A stretch of 63,992 nt of DNA, the filler included, from Sandaracinaceae bacterium (GTDB lineage Bacteria; Myxococcota_A; Polyangia; Polyangiales; JADJQN01), in NCBI GenBank assembly GCA_947483975.1. It is 3 parts of 3 records of this genome, joined end to end, with 100 filler letters (N's around TTAATTAATTAA, not from the genome) between each part and the next. Parts side by side here need not be neighbours in the genome. Positions count along the whole stretch, not along the records: positions 1 to 27,308 come from CANKOL010000025.1; 2 more parts are not named here. The stretch is one strand, 5' to 3'. The notes under the pieces are model-generated. The model did no database searches, was not told the origin of the DNA, and saw nothing but the letters and a program-made list of their open reading frames with translations. Below, piece after piece: positions 1-11,496 of this stretch (its first letter is position 1; each line of letters starts with the position of its first letter). A program made the position numbers and the translations under genes.

Positions 1-1013
<1,013 letters not shown>

Positions 1014-1075
1014 CAGCGCTCCGGATGATCGTGGGGACCGCGCCGCGCGTCAATGCGCGCCTCACTCGATCGCGT

Positions 1076-1636
1076 CTACCAGAGCCACATCGTCACGCAG
1101 CGCGTCACCCACACGGTGAGCGAGACGCCTGCCATCACGAGCGCCCAGCGCTCGATGTACAGCCGCTCGAGCACCGGCACGACGGCCCAGCCGCGCACCA
1201 GCCCGACGAGCGCCACCGGGACAGTCGCCCCAGAGACGAGAAACAGGAGAACACCGAAAGCATTGGCGTGAGCCGCCGCGATGGGATGCCCGTGCACCAT
1301 GTTCGCGAAGGCGGTCGTCAGCCCGCAGCCGGGACACGGATAGCCCGTCACGACGAGAAAGCCGCACGGCGGCAGCCCAAGCTGCATGTGCGTCCCGTGC
1401 CCGAGTGGGTTTGGCGTCAGCGTCGCCGCGGTCGCGATCACGCTCGCCGGCAGCGCCGCGAGGATGAACCACACGATGCGCGACATCAGGTCGCCGAGCG
1501 GCGTCCCGAAGCGCGGGTCGAGCACCTCCGGCTGCGCGATGGCGAAGCCCTGAGCGGGCGCATGGGTCGCCTGAGGAGCAGGCGCACCGGCGTCTTGGAC
1601 CTCGGGGAGCACGGTACGAACGGCTGTCTCGCTCAC
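1076..1636 (-). CDS. DUF2752-like membrane protein
   Basis: GHGTHMQLGLPPCGFLVVTGYPCPGCGLTTAF motif plus hydrophobic helices; start uncertain (GTG 1636 or ATG 1486). Confidence 0.8.
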   Translation of the reverse strand: MSETAVRTVLPEVQDAGAPAPQATHAPAQGFAIAQPEVLDPRFGTPLGDLMSRIVWFILAALPASVIATAATLTPNPLGHGTHMQLGLPPCGFLVVTGYPCPGCGLTTAFANMVHGHPIAAAHANAFGVLLFLVSGATVPVALVGLVRGWAVVPVLERLYIERWALVMAGVSLTVWVTRCVTMWLW

Positions 1637-1730
1637 GACGCCTAGCTCGCCACGGCAGCGCGCGGGCGTCAAGCGCCGTGACGGCGCCCCATTGCAGCGG
1701 GCGATTCCGTGGCCACGGTGTAGGCGTCCC

Positions 1731-2558
1731 ATGAACACCGCCGTCCGCCGCGCTGCCGTCGCCGGTAGCTTCTATCCCGCCTCGCCCATCGAGCTTGCGG
1801 CGCTCGTCGACGCGTTCGTCGCGGACGCCGGCCCATCGTCCACCCTCGAGCGCGGGCCGAAGGCGCTCGTCGCGCCACACGCCGGCTACGTCTACTCTGG
1901 CTCGATCGCGGGGACCGCTTATGCGGCGCTCGCCGCGCGCGCCTCGAGCGTGCGCCGGGTCGTGCTGCTCGGCCCTGCCCATCGCGTGAGGGTCCGCGGG
2001 CTCGCCTTGCCGGGCGTCACCGCGCTCGAGACCCCGCTCGGGGAGGTCGCCGTCGATGAGGCCGCGATCGCCTCGCTCGCCGGTCTCCCGCAGGTCTCGA
2101 CGAGCCCGCTCGCGCACGCGCGGGAGCACTCGCTCGAGGTCCAGCTGCCGTTCCTGCAGCGGGTGCTCCGGCGCTTCACGGTCGTGCCGCTCGTCGTCGG
2201 CGACGCCTCGCCGGAAGAGGTCGCGGAGGTGCTCGAGCGGCTCTGGGGCGGGCCCGAGACGCTGATCGTGATCTCGTCGGATCTCTCGCACTACCTCCCC
2301 TACGACGTGGCCCGCAACGTCGACGCGCAGACCGCCGAGCGCGTCCTCGCGGGGCACTTCGTCGAGCCCGAGGCCGCGTGCGGCGCGGCTCCCGTGAACG
2401 GCCTGCTCGTCGTCGCGCGGCGGCGCGGGCTGCGCGGCGCGCTCCTCGATCTGCGCAACTCGGGCGACACCGCGGGCGCGCGCGACGAGGTCGTCGGCTA
2501 CGGCGCCGTCGCCTTCTACGAGCCCTCGGACACGAGCGCAGAGGGGAGCCTCTCATGA
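1731..2558 (+). CDS. amrB: AmmeMemoRadiSam system protein B (MEMO1 family)
   Basis: VRRAAVAGSFYP, PHAGYVYSG, EHSLEVQLPFLQ, SSDLSHY, NSGD..VVGY; ATGA-coupled to next gene. Confidence 0.95.
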   Translation: MNTAVRRAAVAGSFYPASPIELAALVDAFVADAGPSSTLERGPKALVAPHAGYVYSGSIAGTAYAALAARASSVRRVVLLGPAHRVRVRGLALPGVTALETPLGEVAVDEAAIASLAGLPQVSTSPLAHAREHSLEVQLPFLQRVLRRFTVVPLVVGDASPEEVAEVLERLWGGPETLIVISSDLSHYLPYDVARNVDAQTAERVLAGHFVEPEAACGAAPVNGLLVVARRRGLRGALLDLRNSGDTAGARDEVVGYGAVAFYEPSDTSAEGSLS

Positions 2559-3121
2559 CCACGCGCGAGGAGGCGCAGGCGCTGCTCTCGCTCGCGCGCA
2601 GCACGATCGCAGAGGCGCTCGGCGCGCCACGCGCGTCGGTGCCGCGGCTCGCGCTCCTCGAGACGCCGCGCGGGTGCTTCGTCACGCTCCATCGCGGCGG
2701 GGCGCTGCACGGCTGCATCGGCAGCTTCGGTGGGCGCCCGCTCGGGGCCGCCATCCGCAGCAACGCGTACGCCGCGGCGTTCGAGGACCCGCGCGCGCAG
2801 CCGCTCGACCTCGCCGACGTAGACGACCTCGAGGTCGAGATCTCGCTGCTCTCGCCGCGCACGCCGCTCTCGTTCGAGAGCGAGGCCGACGCCCGCGCGC
2901 AGCTTCGCCCCGACGTCGACGGGCTCGTGCTCGAGTGGGGCCGTCATCGCGGAGTGTTCCTGCCGCAGGTCTGGGAGAGCCTGCCCGAGCCGCGCGAGTT
3001 CCTCGATCACCTGAAGCTGAAGGCCGGTCTTCCGGCGGATTTTTGGGCGCCCGAGCTGACCCTCGAGCGCTTCACCGTGGAGAAGTTCCTCGATCCGGCT
3101 CGCCTCCGCGGGCTTGCGTGA
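2555..3121 (+). CDS. amrA: AmmeMemoRadiSam system protein A (AMMECR1 domain)
   Basis: GCFVTL..LHGCIGS, AAFEDPR, EISLLSP, FLPQVW, LKLKAGL. Confidence 0.95.
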   Translation: MTTREEAQALLSLARSTIAEALGAPRASVPRLALLETPRGCFVTLHRGGALHGCIGSFGGRPLGAAIRSNAYAAAFEDPRAQPLDLADVDDLEVEISLLSPRTPLSFESEADARAQLRPDVDGLVLEWGRHRGVFLPQVWESLPEPREFLDHLKLKAGLPADFWAPELTLERFTVEKFLDPARLRGLA

Positions 3122-3143
3122 CGACGGCAGCAGGGGGTGCGCG

Positions 3144-4211
3144 ATGTCTTCGATTCCGACGAAGTACCTGACGCGCTTGGCGGATGGTCGCCTGCGCTGC
3201 GACGTGTGTCCGCGCGCGTGCACGCTCGCGGACGGGCAGCGCGGGCTCTGCTTCGTGCGCCAGCGGCAGGGCGACGAGCTGATGCTGACGACCTACGGGC
3301 GCTCGTCGGGCTTCTGCCTCGACCCGATCGAGAAGAAGCCGCTCTACCACTTCTATCCCGGCTCGAGCGTGCTCTCGTTCGGCACGGCCGGCTGCAACCT
3401 GACCTGCAAATTCTGCCAAAACTGGGAGATGTCGAAATCGCGAGAGATGGACACTCTCGCCGACGAGGCCTCCCCCGAGCAGCTCGCTCAGGCGGCGCTG
3501 GCGGCGGGCGCGAAGAGCGTCGCGTTCACCTACAACGATCCGACGATCTTCCTCGAGTACGCCGTCGACGTCGCGAAGGCGTGCCACGCGGTGGGCGTGA
3601 AGACCGTCGCCGTCACCGCGGGCTACCTCGAGGACGCGCCGCGGCGGGAGCTGTTCGGCGTGATGGACGCGGCCAACGTCGACCTCAAGGGCTTCACCGA
3701 GGACTTCTACGAGAAGGTCTGCGGCGCTTCGCTCGCCACGGTGAAGGAGACGCTCGTCTACCTCGCCAAGGAGACGAAGGTCTGGCTCGAGGTGACGACG
3801 CTGCTGATCCCCGGGCACAACGACTCCGACGCGGAGCTTCACGCGCTCACCGCGTGGGTGCGTGACGCGCTCGGTCCCGGCGTGCCGCTCCACTTCAGCG
3901 CGTTCCATCCCGCCTTCAAGCTGCTCGACGTGCCCGCGACTCCGCACGAGACGCTGCGCCGCGCGCGCCGCATCGCGCTCGAGGAGGGGCTGCAGCACGT
4001 CTACCTCGGCAACGTGCGCGACCCCGACGCGGAGACGACCCGCTGCGCGTCGTGCCACACGGCGCTGATCGCCCGCGATTGGTACGCGCTGCTCGACTAT
4101 CAGCTCGACGCAGACGGGCGCTGTCGCGCGTGCGGCGCGGCGCTCGCGGGGCGCTTCGACGCGAGCCCAGCGCACTTCGGTCGGCGCCGAACGCGCGTCG
4201 CGATCGCCTGA
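3144..4211 (+). CDS. amrS: AmmeMemoRadiSam system radical SAM enzyme
   Basis: CNLTCKFC (CxxxCxxC), N-terminal CDVCPRAC, DPIEKKPLYHFYPG. Confidence 0.95.
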   Translation: MSSIPTKYLTRLADGRLRCDVCPRACTLADGQRGLCFVRQRQGDELMLTTYGRSSGFCLDPIEKKPLYHFYPGSSVLSFGTAGCNLTCKFCQNWEMSKSREMDTLADEASPEQLAQAALAAGAKSVAFTYNDPTIFLEYAVDVAKACHAVGVKTVAVTAGYLEDAPRRELFGVMDAANVDLKGFTEDFYEKVCGASLATVKETLVYLAKETKVWLEVTTLLIPGHNDSDAELHALTAWVRDALGPGVPLHFSAFHPAFKLLDVPATPHETLRRARRIALEEGLQHVYLGNVRDPDAETTRCASCHTALIARDWYALLDYQLDADGRCRACGAALAGRFDASPAHFGRRRTRVAIA

Positions 4212-4216
4212 AGGCG

Positions 4217-4996
4217 CTACTCGCCGCGGTAGACGGGCGCGCGACGCTCGGCGAACGCCGTCAGCCCCTCTTGGTAGTCGTGGCTGTCCCAGACCGTGCG
4301 CCGCGCGCCCTGAATTTCCTCGAAGGTGATGGGCGGGAGCGCGTGCGCGGAGGCGAGCGTCTTGATGGACTGCTTCATCGCGGCGACGGAAAGCGGCGCG
4401 TTCGCAGCGATCTTGAGCGCGAGCGCGCGCGTGAACTCCTCGATCTCGGCGGGCGGGCGCACGTGATTGACCAAGCCCTGCGCGTACGCGCGCTGCACGT
4501 CGATGGGCTCGCCGGTGAAGGCCATCTCCTTCAGCACGGACATCGGCATTCGATTGAGGAACGTCAGCAGCCCCGTGACGTTGTACGGCACAGAGAGCTT
4601 CGCGGGGGTGATCGCGAAGGTGACGTCGGGCGACGCCACGAGCAGATCGCAGCTCAAGGCGAGCTCGCACGCGCCGCCCCAGACCGTGCCCTCGATCAGG
4701 CCGACCACGGGAAATGGCGCGTCCTCGATGCGGCGGATCAGCTGACGCAGAGGGTCGCTCCAGCCGAGCGGATCGCGGCGCCCGGCGGGCAGTTCGCGCA
4801 CGTCGTGGCCGGCGCTCCACACCTTGGCGCCCGGCGCGGCGCGCAAGATCACGGCGCGCGTCCCCGCTTGCTCCATCACGTCGAAGGACGCGAGCAGCGC
4901 CTCCACGAGCGCCGCGGAGAGCGCGTTGCGCTTCTCTGGATGGTTGAGCGTGACGACGCCGACCGCGTCTGCGTGCGAGGTGAGGACGAGGCTCAT
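4217..4996 (-). CDS. scpB: Methylmalonyl-CoA decarboxylase (crotonase family)
   Basis: SAGHDVRELPAGRRDPLGWSDPLRQL and EGTVWGGACEL resemble E. coli ScpB. Confidence 0.85.
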   Translation of the reverse strand: MSLVLTSHADAVGVVTLNHPEKRNALSAALVEALLASFDVMEQAGTRAVILRAAPGAKVWSAGHDVRELPAGRRDPLGWSDPLRQLIRRIEDAPFPVVGLIEGTVWGGACELALSCDLLVASPDVTFAITPAKLSVPYNVTGLLTFLNRMPMSVLKEMAFTGEPIDVQRAYAQGLVNHVRPPAEIEEFTRALALKIAANAPLSVAAMKQSIKTLASAHALPPITFEEIQGARRTVWDSHDYQEGLTAFAERRAPVYRGE

Positions 4997-5063
4997 GGTC
5001 GGCGCAGGGTAGTCCGCGGGTCGACCTCGCGCGAGAGACGCGCGGCGCGTAACGTCGGGCGCG

Positions 5064-5888
5064 ATGCAGGTACACCTCGTCGACGGGACCTACGAGCTCT
5101 TCAGGCAATTCTACGCGCCGGGCGCGAGCGCTCGCCGCGACGAGAGCGGCGCGCGCGGGCGCCCGGACACCCTCGACACGACGGCCGCGAGGGCGCTCGC
5201 GCGCTCGATGCAGGCGCTGCTCCGCGAGCCCGGTGTCACGCACCTCGGCGTCGCGTTCGACACCGTGATCGAGTCGTTTCGGAACGCGCTCTTCGACGGC
5301 TACAAGACCGGCGAGGGGCTCGACCCGGCGCTCTTCGCGCAGTTCGACGTCGCGGAGGAGCTGTGCGCCGCGCTCGGTATCGTCGTCTGGCGCATGCGCG
5401 AGTTCGAGGCCGATGACGCGCTCGCGACGATGGCCGCGCGCGCTGCCGCCGACCCGCGCGTCGAGCGCGTCGTGATCTGCTCGCCGGACAAAGATCTCGC
5501 GCAGTGCGTGCGCGGTCAGCGCGTGGTGCGCCTCGATCGGCTGCGCGGCGTCTTGCTCGACGAGGATGGAGTGCGCGCGAAGTACGGCGTCTCGCCCGCG
5601 AGCATCCCGGACCTGCTCGCGCTCGTCGGCGACGCCGCCGACGGGATCCCGGGAATCCCGCGCTGGGGTGAGAAGAGCGCCGCCGCGGTGCTCTCCGCCT
5701 ACGAACACCTCGACGCGATCCCCGACGACGCGGCCGCGTGGAAGGTGAAGGTGCGCGGCGCGTCCGCGCTCGCCGCGGAGCTTGCGACGCGCCGCGCCGA
5801 GGCGCGCCTCTACCGCACGCTCGCGACGCTCCGCGAGGATGTACCGCTGACCGAGGACGTGGACGCGCTCGAGTGGCGAGGCGCGTAG
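5064..5888 (+). CDS. Stand-alone 5'-3' exonuclease / flap endonuclease
   Basis: HLVDGTYELFR, FEADDALAT, SPDKDLAQ, LVGDAADGIPGIPRWGEKSA (H3TH). Confidence 0.92.
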   Translation: MQVHLVDGTYELFRQFYAPGASARRDESGARGRPDTLDTTAARALARSMQALLREPGVTHLGVAFDTVIESFRNALFDGYKTGEGLDPALFAQFDVAEELCAALGIVVWRMREFEADDALATMAARAAADPRVERVVICSPDKDLAQCVRGQRVVRLDRLRGVLLDEDGVRAKYGVSPASIPDLLALVGDAADGIPGIPRWGEKSAAAVLSAYEHLDAIPDDAAAWKVKVRGASALAAELATRRAEARLYRTLATLREDVPLTEDVDALEWRGA

Positions 5889-5890
5889 CC

Positions 5891-5972
5891 CCGAGCGTCA
5901 ACCTCGGTCGGCTCGGCGCCGAGCGTCAACCTCGGTCGGCTCACTGCGCCGAGCGTCAACCTCGGTCGGCTC
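5891..5972. repeat. Three copies of 24-bp CCGAGCGTCAACCTCGGTCGGCTC
   Basis: Exact copies at 5891-5914, 5919-5942 and 5949-5972, between convergent genes; each contains a CCGAG-N7-CTCGG hairpin. Confidence 0.95.
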
Positions 5973-6462
5973 ACTCGGACAGCGCGGTCGCGAGCGCCTT
6001 GCGCAGCGCCGGATCGTTCGGGTCCGTCGGCGGCGCAAAGCGCGCGACGACGAGGCCGTCTTTGCCGACGACGAACTTGCCGAAGTTCCACTTCACGTCG
6101 CCCGCACCCTCGGGCGCGGTGTCCTCGCCGGTGAGGAACGCGTAGACGGGCGCGCGGCTCGGACCGTTGACGTCGACCTTCGCGAAGAGGGGGAAGGTGA
6201 CGTCGTACTTCGTCGAGCAGAACGCCTTGATCTCGTCCTCGCTGCCCGGCTCCTGCGCGGCGAACTGGTTGCAGGGGAAGCCGAGCACGACGACGCCGTC
6301 GTCCTTCAGCTCGCGGGAGAGCTTCTCGAGGCCGGCGTACTGCGGCGTGAGGCCGCAGCGCGAGGCGACGTTCACGACGAGCAGCACCTTGCCCGCATAG
6401 TCGGCGAGCGACTTGGTCTCGCCATCGATCGTCTTCACCGCAAACTCATGGAGGCTGGTCAT
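5971..6462 (-). CDS. gpx: Glutathione peroxidase (Cys type)
   Basis: VNVASRCGLTPQY, GFPCNQF, KWNFGKF. Confidence 0.95.
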   Translation of the reverse strand: MTSLHEFAVKTIDGETKSLADYAGKVLLVVNVASRCGLTPQYAGLEKLSRELKDDGVVVLGFPCNQFAAQEPGSEDEIKAFCSTKYDVTFPLFAKVDVNGPSRAPVYAFLTGEDTAPEGAGDVKWNFGKFVVGKDGLVVARFAPPTDPNDPALRKALATALSE

Positions 6463-6525
6463 GCCGCAGTCCCTGGGGACCGCGACGGGCGCTGACAAGC
6501 GGTGCGCCCCACGTCGCGCGCAGGC

Positions 6526-7320
6526 TCAGGAGCGCAGCGCCGCGCGGACCGAAGCGTAGCGGCGCTCGTCGGCAGGCTCGAAGCGCTCGGCCGAGAAAAG
6601 CTCGCGCAGCACGGCTCGACCGCGGGGCTCATCCGCGAGCCCGACGAAGGCCTCGAGCACGCGCGCCTGCAACGCGGCGTCGACGGAAGGGCCGACGCAC
6701 AACACGTCACTGGGGATCGGATCGGTCGTCAGCAGCGGTCGCATGGGCACATCGGAGGTGTCGTACCAACCCGCCGAGATGGCGCCGCTGTCGCCCCGCG
6801 TGACGTCCATGTTGAGGAACGTCGCGCCGACGTCGACCTCGCGCGCGACCACGGCGCGCGCGACCTGCGCGTGGCTGCCGCAGAACGTCTCGGAGCCGAA
6901 CAGCGCCACCGGGTCGAGCCCACGCAGCACGAGCGCTTGGCGCGGGAAGAGGTAGCCGCTCGAGGAGTCGCGATCGACCCAGCCGACGCGCAGCCCACGG
7001 AGATCCTCGACGCGGTGCCAGCGGGAGGAGGCGAGCACGTAGAGCGTGCCGTAGAAGAACGCGCCCGGCGCGCGGACGACCTCTGCGAGCATCGTCGCGA
7101 CCTTCGCGTCCGCGGCGCGCACCGCGAGCGCTGGAGGCAGCCACGCGAAGTCGAGCGCGCCCGCATTGAGCCTCGACTCGAGCGTCCCGTAGTCCGCGAA
7201 GGAGACGACGTCGACGTGCACGCCGATGCGGGCGCCGAGCAGCTCCGCGAGATCCGCGCGCCGCTCTGCCGTCGCGCCACGCACGCGAAGTGGACCCGTG
7301 GCTAGGACTGCCTTGTGCAC
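6526..7320 (-). CDS. PhnD-like phosphate/phosphonate substrate-binding-fold protein
   Basis: DFAWLPP, DRDSSSGYLFPR, GSHAQVARAV, TDPIPSD; start approximate. Confidence 0.8.
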   Translation of the reverse strand: MHKAVLATGPLRVRGATAERRADLAELLGARIGVHVDVVSFADYGTLESRLNAGALDFAWLPPALAVRAADAKVATMLAEVVRAPGAFFYGTLYVLASSRWHRVEDLRGLRVGWVDRDSSSGYLFPRQALVLRGLDPVALFGSETFCGSHAQVARAVVAREVDVGATFLNMDVTRGDSGAISAGWYDTSDVPMRPLLTTDPIPSDVLCVGPSVDAALQARVLEAFVGLADEPRGRAVLRELFSAERFEPADERRYASVRAALRS

Positions 7321-7421
7321 GGCGCGTATGCTGGCGAGCGCTGGACGAGACCGCAAGCCGAGCCAGGCGCGAGATTTGTACGCCTGGCTACGGTTCTACC
7401 TGCGGGCCGCGGCCGAGGGTA

Positions 7422-8807
<1,386 letters not shown>

Positions 8808-8819
8808 GCGGAGCATCGA

Positions 8820-8835
8820 TGCAGGGTGCGTGCCG
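8820..8835 (-). promoter_or_regulatory. Putative sigma54 (-24/-12) promoter
   Basis: Minus strand CGGCACGCACCCTGCA (GG-N10-GC), 13 nt upstream of ATG 8807. Confidence 0.65.
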
Positions 8836-9033
8836 AGCCTCGAGAACGCCAGCACATAAGGAAACCTCAACGCTTTCTAGGCCCGCGCCCCGCCCGCGCC
8901 CCGACCGAGGTTGGCGGCCGGCAAGTGCGTCCGCCACCCCGCCGGCGGAAAGCGGCTAGCCGAGTCGCCAGGCTACGACGCTTAGCTCACCACTGAGTCC
9001 GCGGTCGTGCTAGCTTCGGCTCCGGCATTGAAG

Positions 9034-9792
9034 ATGGCGAAGGGTCCCTCCCCGCTCCTCGGGTACAACACGAACGTCCGCCACAAGGGGCGTGTTTACC
9101 ATATCCAAACTGAGGACTCGGGCCTCGCGCACCCGCACATCATCACGCACTTGTTCGCGGATGGCGGCCGCATCGTCGCCTCCCGCAAGACGAGCTACGC
9201 CGAGTACGTCGCCGACGACAACTACGCGGTGACCGTCAAGAAGATGATGCAGGAGCAGCACAAGGCGCTGTTCATCGCCCTGCGCGACGGCATCTACGAT
9301 GTGGAGGGAGACTCGACCTCGCCCGGCGCATCGACCCCCGCCCCCGCGACGACCGCGAGCGGCGACACGCGCGCCCCAGCGCAAGCCGCGCCGGTCAGCG
9401 AACCCGAACTCCGTGAGCCGCTGCGCTCACCGCAGAGCGGCCCCATCAGCATGGAAGCGCTCGAGCGCGCCGCCGCCGCGCGAGTGAACGCCTCGCACGT
9501 CACGCGCGACATCGACGCCCTCGAGCGCGCCGCCGCTGCGGCCAGCGCCGCCGCGCCGGGCAAGGCCCCCTCCGCCGCGCCGAGCGCCGCGACCGCCGGA
9601 CGCTATCAGTCGACGCGCCCCGCCGTGAAGACCGAGCGTGTCTCGGCGCCGCTCGCGGACGCCGCAGAGACGACTCCGACCAAGCCGCAGCCCGCGAGCG
9701 ACTCGATCTTCGGCGGTGACCTCGTCAGTGAGCGCTCGCTCGACGAGGTCATCCTGAGCTACCTCGCCGAGGACCTCGAAGAAGAGACCTGA
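9034..9792 (+). CDS. Hypothetical protein (myxobacterial/deltaproteobacterial type)
   Basis: Ordered N-terminal GYNTNVRHKGRVYHIQTEDSG domain, Ala/Pro linker, C-terminal FGGDLVSERSLDEVILSYLAED. Confidence 0.8.
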   Translation: MAKGPSPLLGYNTNVRHKGRVYHIQTEDSGLAHPHIITHLFADGGRIVASRKTSYAEYVADDNYAVTVKKMMQEQHKALFIALRDGIYDVEGDSTSPGASTPAPATTASGDTRAPAQAAPVSEPELREPLRSPQSGPISMEALERAAAARVNASHVTRDIDALERAAAAASAAAPGKAPSAAPSAATAGRYQSTRPAVKTERVSAPLADAAETTPTKPQPASDSIFGGDLVSERSLDEVILSYLAEDLEEET

Positions 9793-9846
9793 GCCAACCG
9801 CCCGGGTCCGGAGAACGCGCGGCCTGCTGACGTTCCGGCCGCCGAG

Positions 9847-11043
9847 CTACACGCCGAGCGCCGCGAGCTCGTCCTCGCTCAGCCCAGCCTCGAGCAGCAC
9901 TTCGCGGGTGTGCGCCCCTTGGCGCGGTGCGCACGCGACGTCGGCGCTCGCCGCAGCGATCGGCGTGCGCGGGATCGGCAGCGTCGCACCGCCCGCGAAC
10001 GTCGCCGTCGTGAACACGTTGCGGGCGAGGTGCTGCGGATCCTGCGGGAGCTCGTTCGGCTCGAGCACCGGCTCGAGGCAGCAGTCGTGCTGCTCCGCGA
10101 AGCTCGCCCACTCCTCGCGCGTGCGCGCGGCGATGACCTCGGCGACCTTGCGCTTGCACTCGGGCTGATGGGGCCCCGGCGCGAGCGCCTGCAGGTCGAA
10201 GGGCAGCCCCGTGCCGCTGCAGAACGCCATCCAGAACTTCGGCTCGAGCGCGCCGAGCGCGACGGCCTTCCCGTCCTTCGTGCGGTAGGTGTTATACGCC
10301 GCGATCCCGCCGCCGAGCACGTCGGCGCCCGCGACGGTGCCCATGCCGCCGTAGCGCGACATCAGCCCGAAGATGCCGAACGCGAGCGCTCCCTCGCACA
10401 TGCTCACGTCGACGAACCGGCCCTTGCCGCTGACCCCGCGCGCCGTCAGCGCCGCGAGGATCCCTGCGACCGCGAAGAGCGCCCCGCCCCCGACGTCCGC
10501 GAGCTGCACGCCCGGCACCTGCGGCGCGCCGCCCTCGGGCCCGGTCAGCCCGAGCACGCCCGCGCGCGCGAGGTAGTCGAGGTCGTGCCCCGCGCGATGG
10601 GCGAGCGGACCCGTCTGCCCGTAGCCCGTGATCGCGCAGTACACGAGGCGCGGGTTCGTCTCCGCGAGCGCGGCATAGCCGAGCCCGAGGCGCTCGAGCA
10701 CACCGGGGCGGAAGCTCTCGACGAGCACATCGTAGCCCGCGACGAGGCGCAGCAACGCGGTGCGCGCCTCGGACCTCTTCAGGTCGAGCACGAGGCTGCG
10801 CTTGCCCCGATTGAGCGCGTGAAAAACCGCGTTCATGCCGCCCACCTGAGGCGGCATGATCCGCAGATAATCGCCCCCAGACGGGTCCTCGACCTTGTCC
10901 ACCTGCGCCCCGAGATCCGCGAGCACCATCGTCGCGAAAGGGCCGGGCAGGAGGCGCGAAAGATCGAGGACCTTCAAGCCGAGGAGCGGTCGATCATCGA
11001 CGGCGCGCGCAGCCGTAGCCGCGCGCGCGCCGTCACCGGGCAT
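9847..11043 (-). CDS. CaiB/BaiF family III CoA-transferase (alpha-methylacyl-CoA racemase-like)
   Basis: VLDLSRLLPGPFATMVLADLGA, NRGKRSLVLDLK, ESFRPGV, AGHDLDY. Confidence 0.92.
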   Translation of the reverse strand: MPGDGARAATAARAVDDRPLLGLKVLDLSRLLPGPFATMVLADLGAQVDKVEDPSGGDYLRIMPPQVGGMNAVFHALNRGKRSLVLDLKRSEARTALLRLVAGYDVLVESFRPGVLERLGLGYAALAETNPRLVYCAITGYGQTGPLAHRAGHDLDYLARAGVLGLTGPEGGAPQVPGVQLADVGGGALFAVAGILAALTARGVSGKGRFVDVSMCEGALAFGIFGLMSRYGGMGTVAGADVLGGGIAAYNTYRTKDGKAVALGALEPKFWMAFCSGTGLPFDLQALAPGPHQPECKRKVAEVIAARTREEWASFAEQHDCCLEPVLEPNELPQDPQHLARNVFTTATFAGGATLPIPRTPIAAASADVACAPRQGAHTREVLLEAGLSEDELAALGV

Positions 11044-11057
11044 CGAGCCCGGCGAGC

Positions 11058-11387
11058 TCAAGCGAGGATCTGCTGGAGCTTGGTCGCGAGCATCGCGTTG
11101 CCGGAGACCTTCAGCTTGCCCTGGAAGTAGAGCTGCATCGCGGCGCCCGGGTTCTCGCTCATCGTCTTCCAATCCTCGTCCGTCAGCTCGAGCGTGCAGT
11201 CGGGCGTGAGCCCCTCCGCGTCGCCCGCCGAGACGCCGACGTTCTCCTTGAGGTCGAGGTACCAAGTGCCGCCGTCGTCGCCGCTGATCTTGAAGAGGAA
11301 GGTCGCGCCGATCTCCTTGGCCTTGTCGGGGTTCGCGGCGATCTTGGCGGGGATGTTCGTCGTGAAGTCGGTCTTGGCGTCGGGCAT
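11058..11387 (-). CDS. SCP2 sterol/lipid-binding domain protein
   Basis: GGTWYLDL, PDCTL, MQLYFQGKLKVSGNAMLATKL; AAGGA RBS. Confidence 0.93.
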   Translation of the reverse strand: MPDAKTDFTTNIPAKIAANPDKAKEIGATFLFKISGDDGGTWYLDLKENVGVSAGDAEGLTPDCTLELTDEDWKTMSENPGAAMQLYFQGKLKVSGNAMLATKLQQILA

Positions 11388-11496
11388 GGTCGAGTCCTTC
11401 GTTAGAGGTCGCTGAATGGCGATTCAGCGGGACGGAACTAGCATCGCCGGGCTGGGGGCGTCAAGGCTGCGCGAGGGGCCGCGGCAACGCGCGCGC

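Noticed and set aside
5891..5972. Possible mini-CRISPR array
   Set aside because: Spacers are only 4-6 nt, and there is no leader or cas gene
5971..6462. Selenocysteine glutathione peroxidase
   Set aside because: The active-site codon is TGC (Cys); no in-frame TGA
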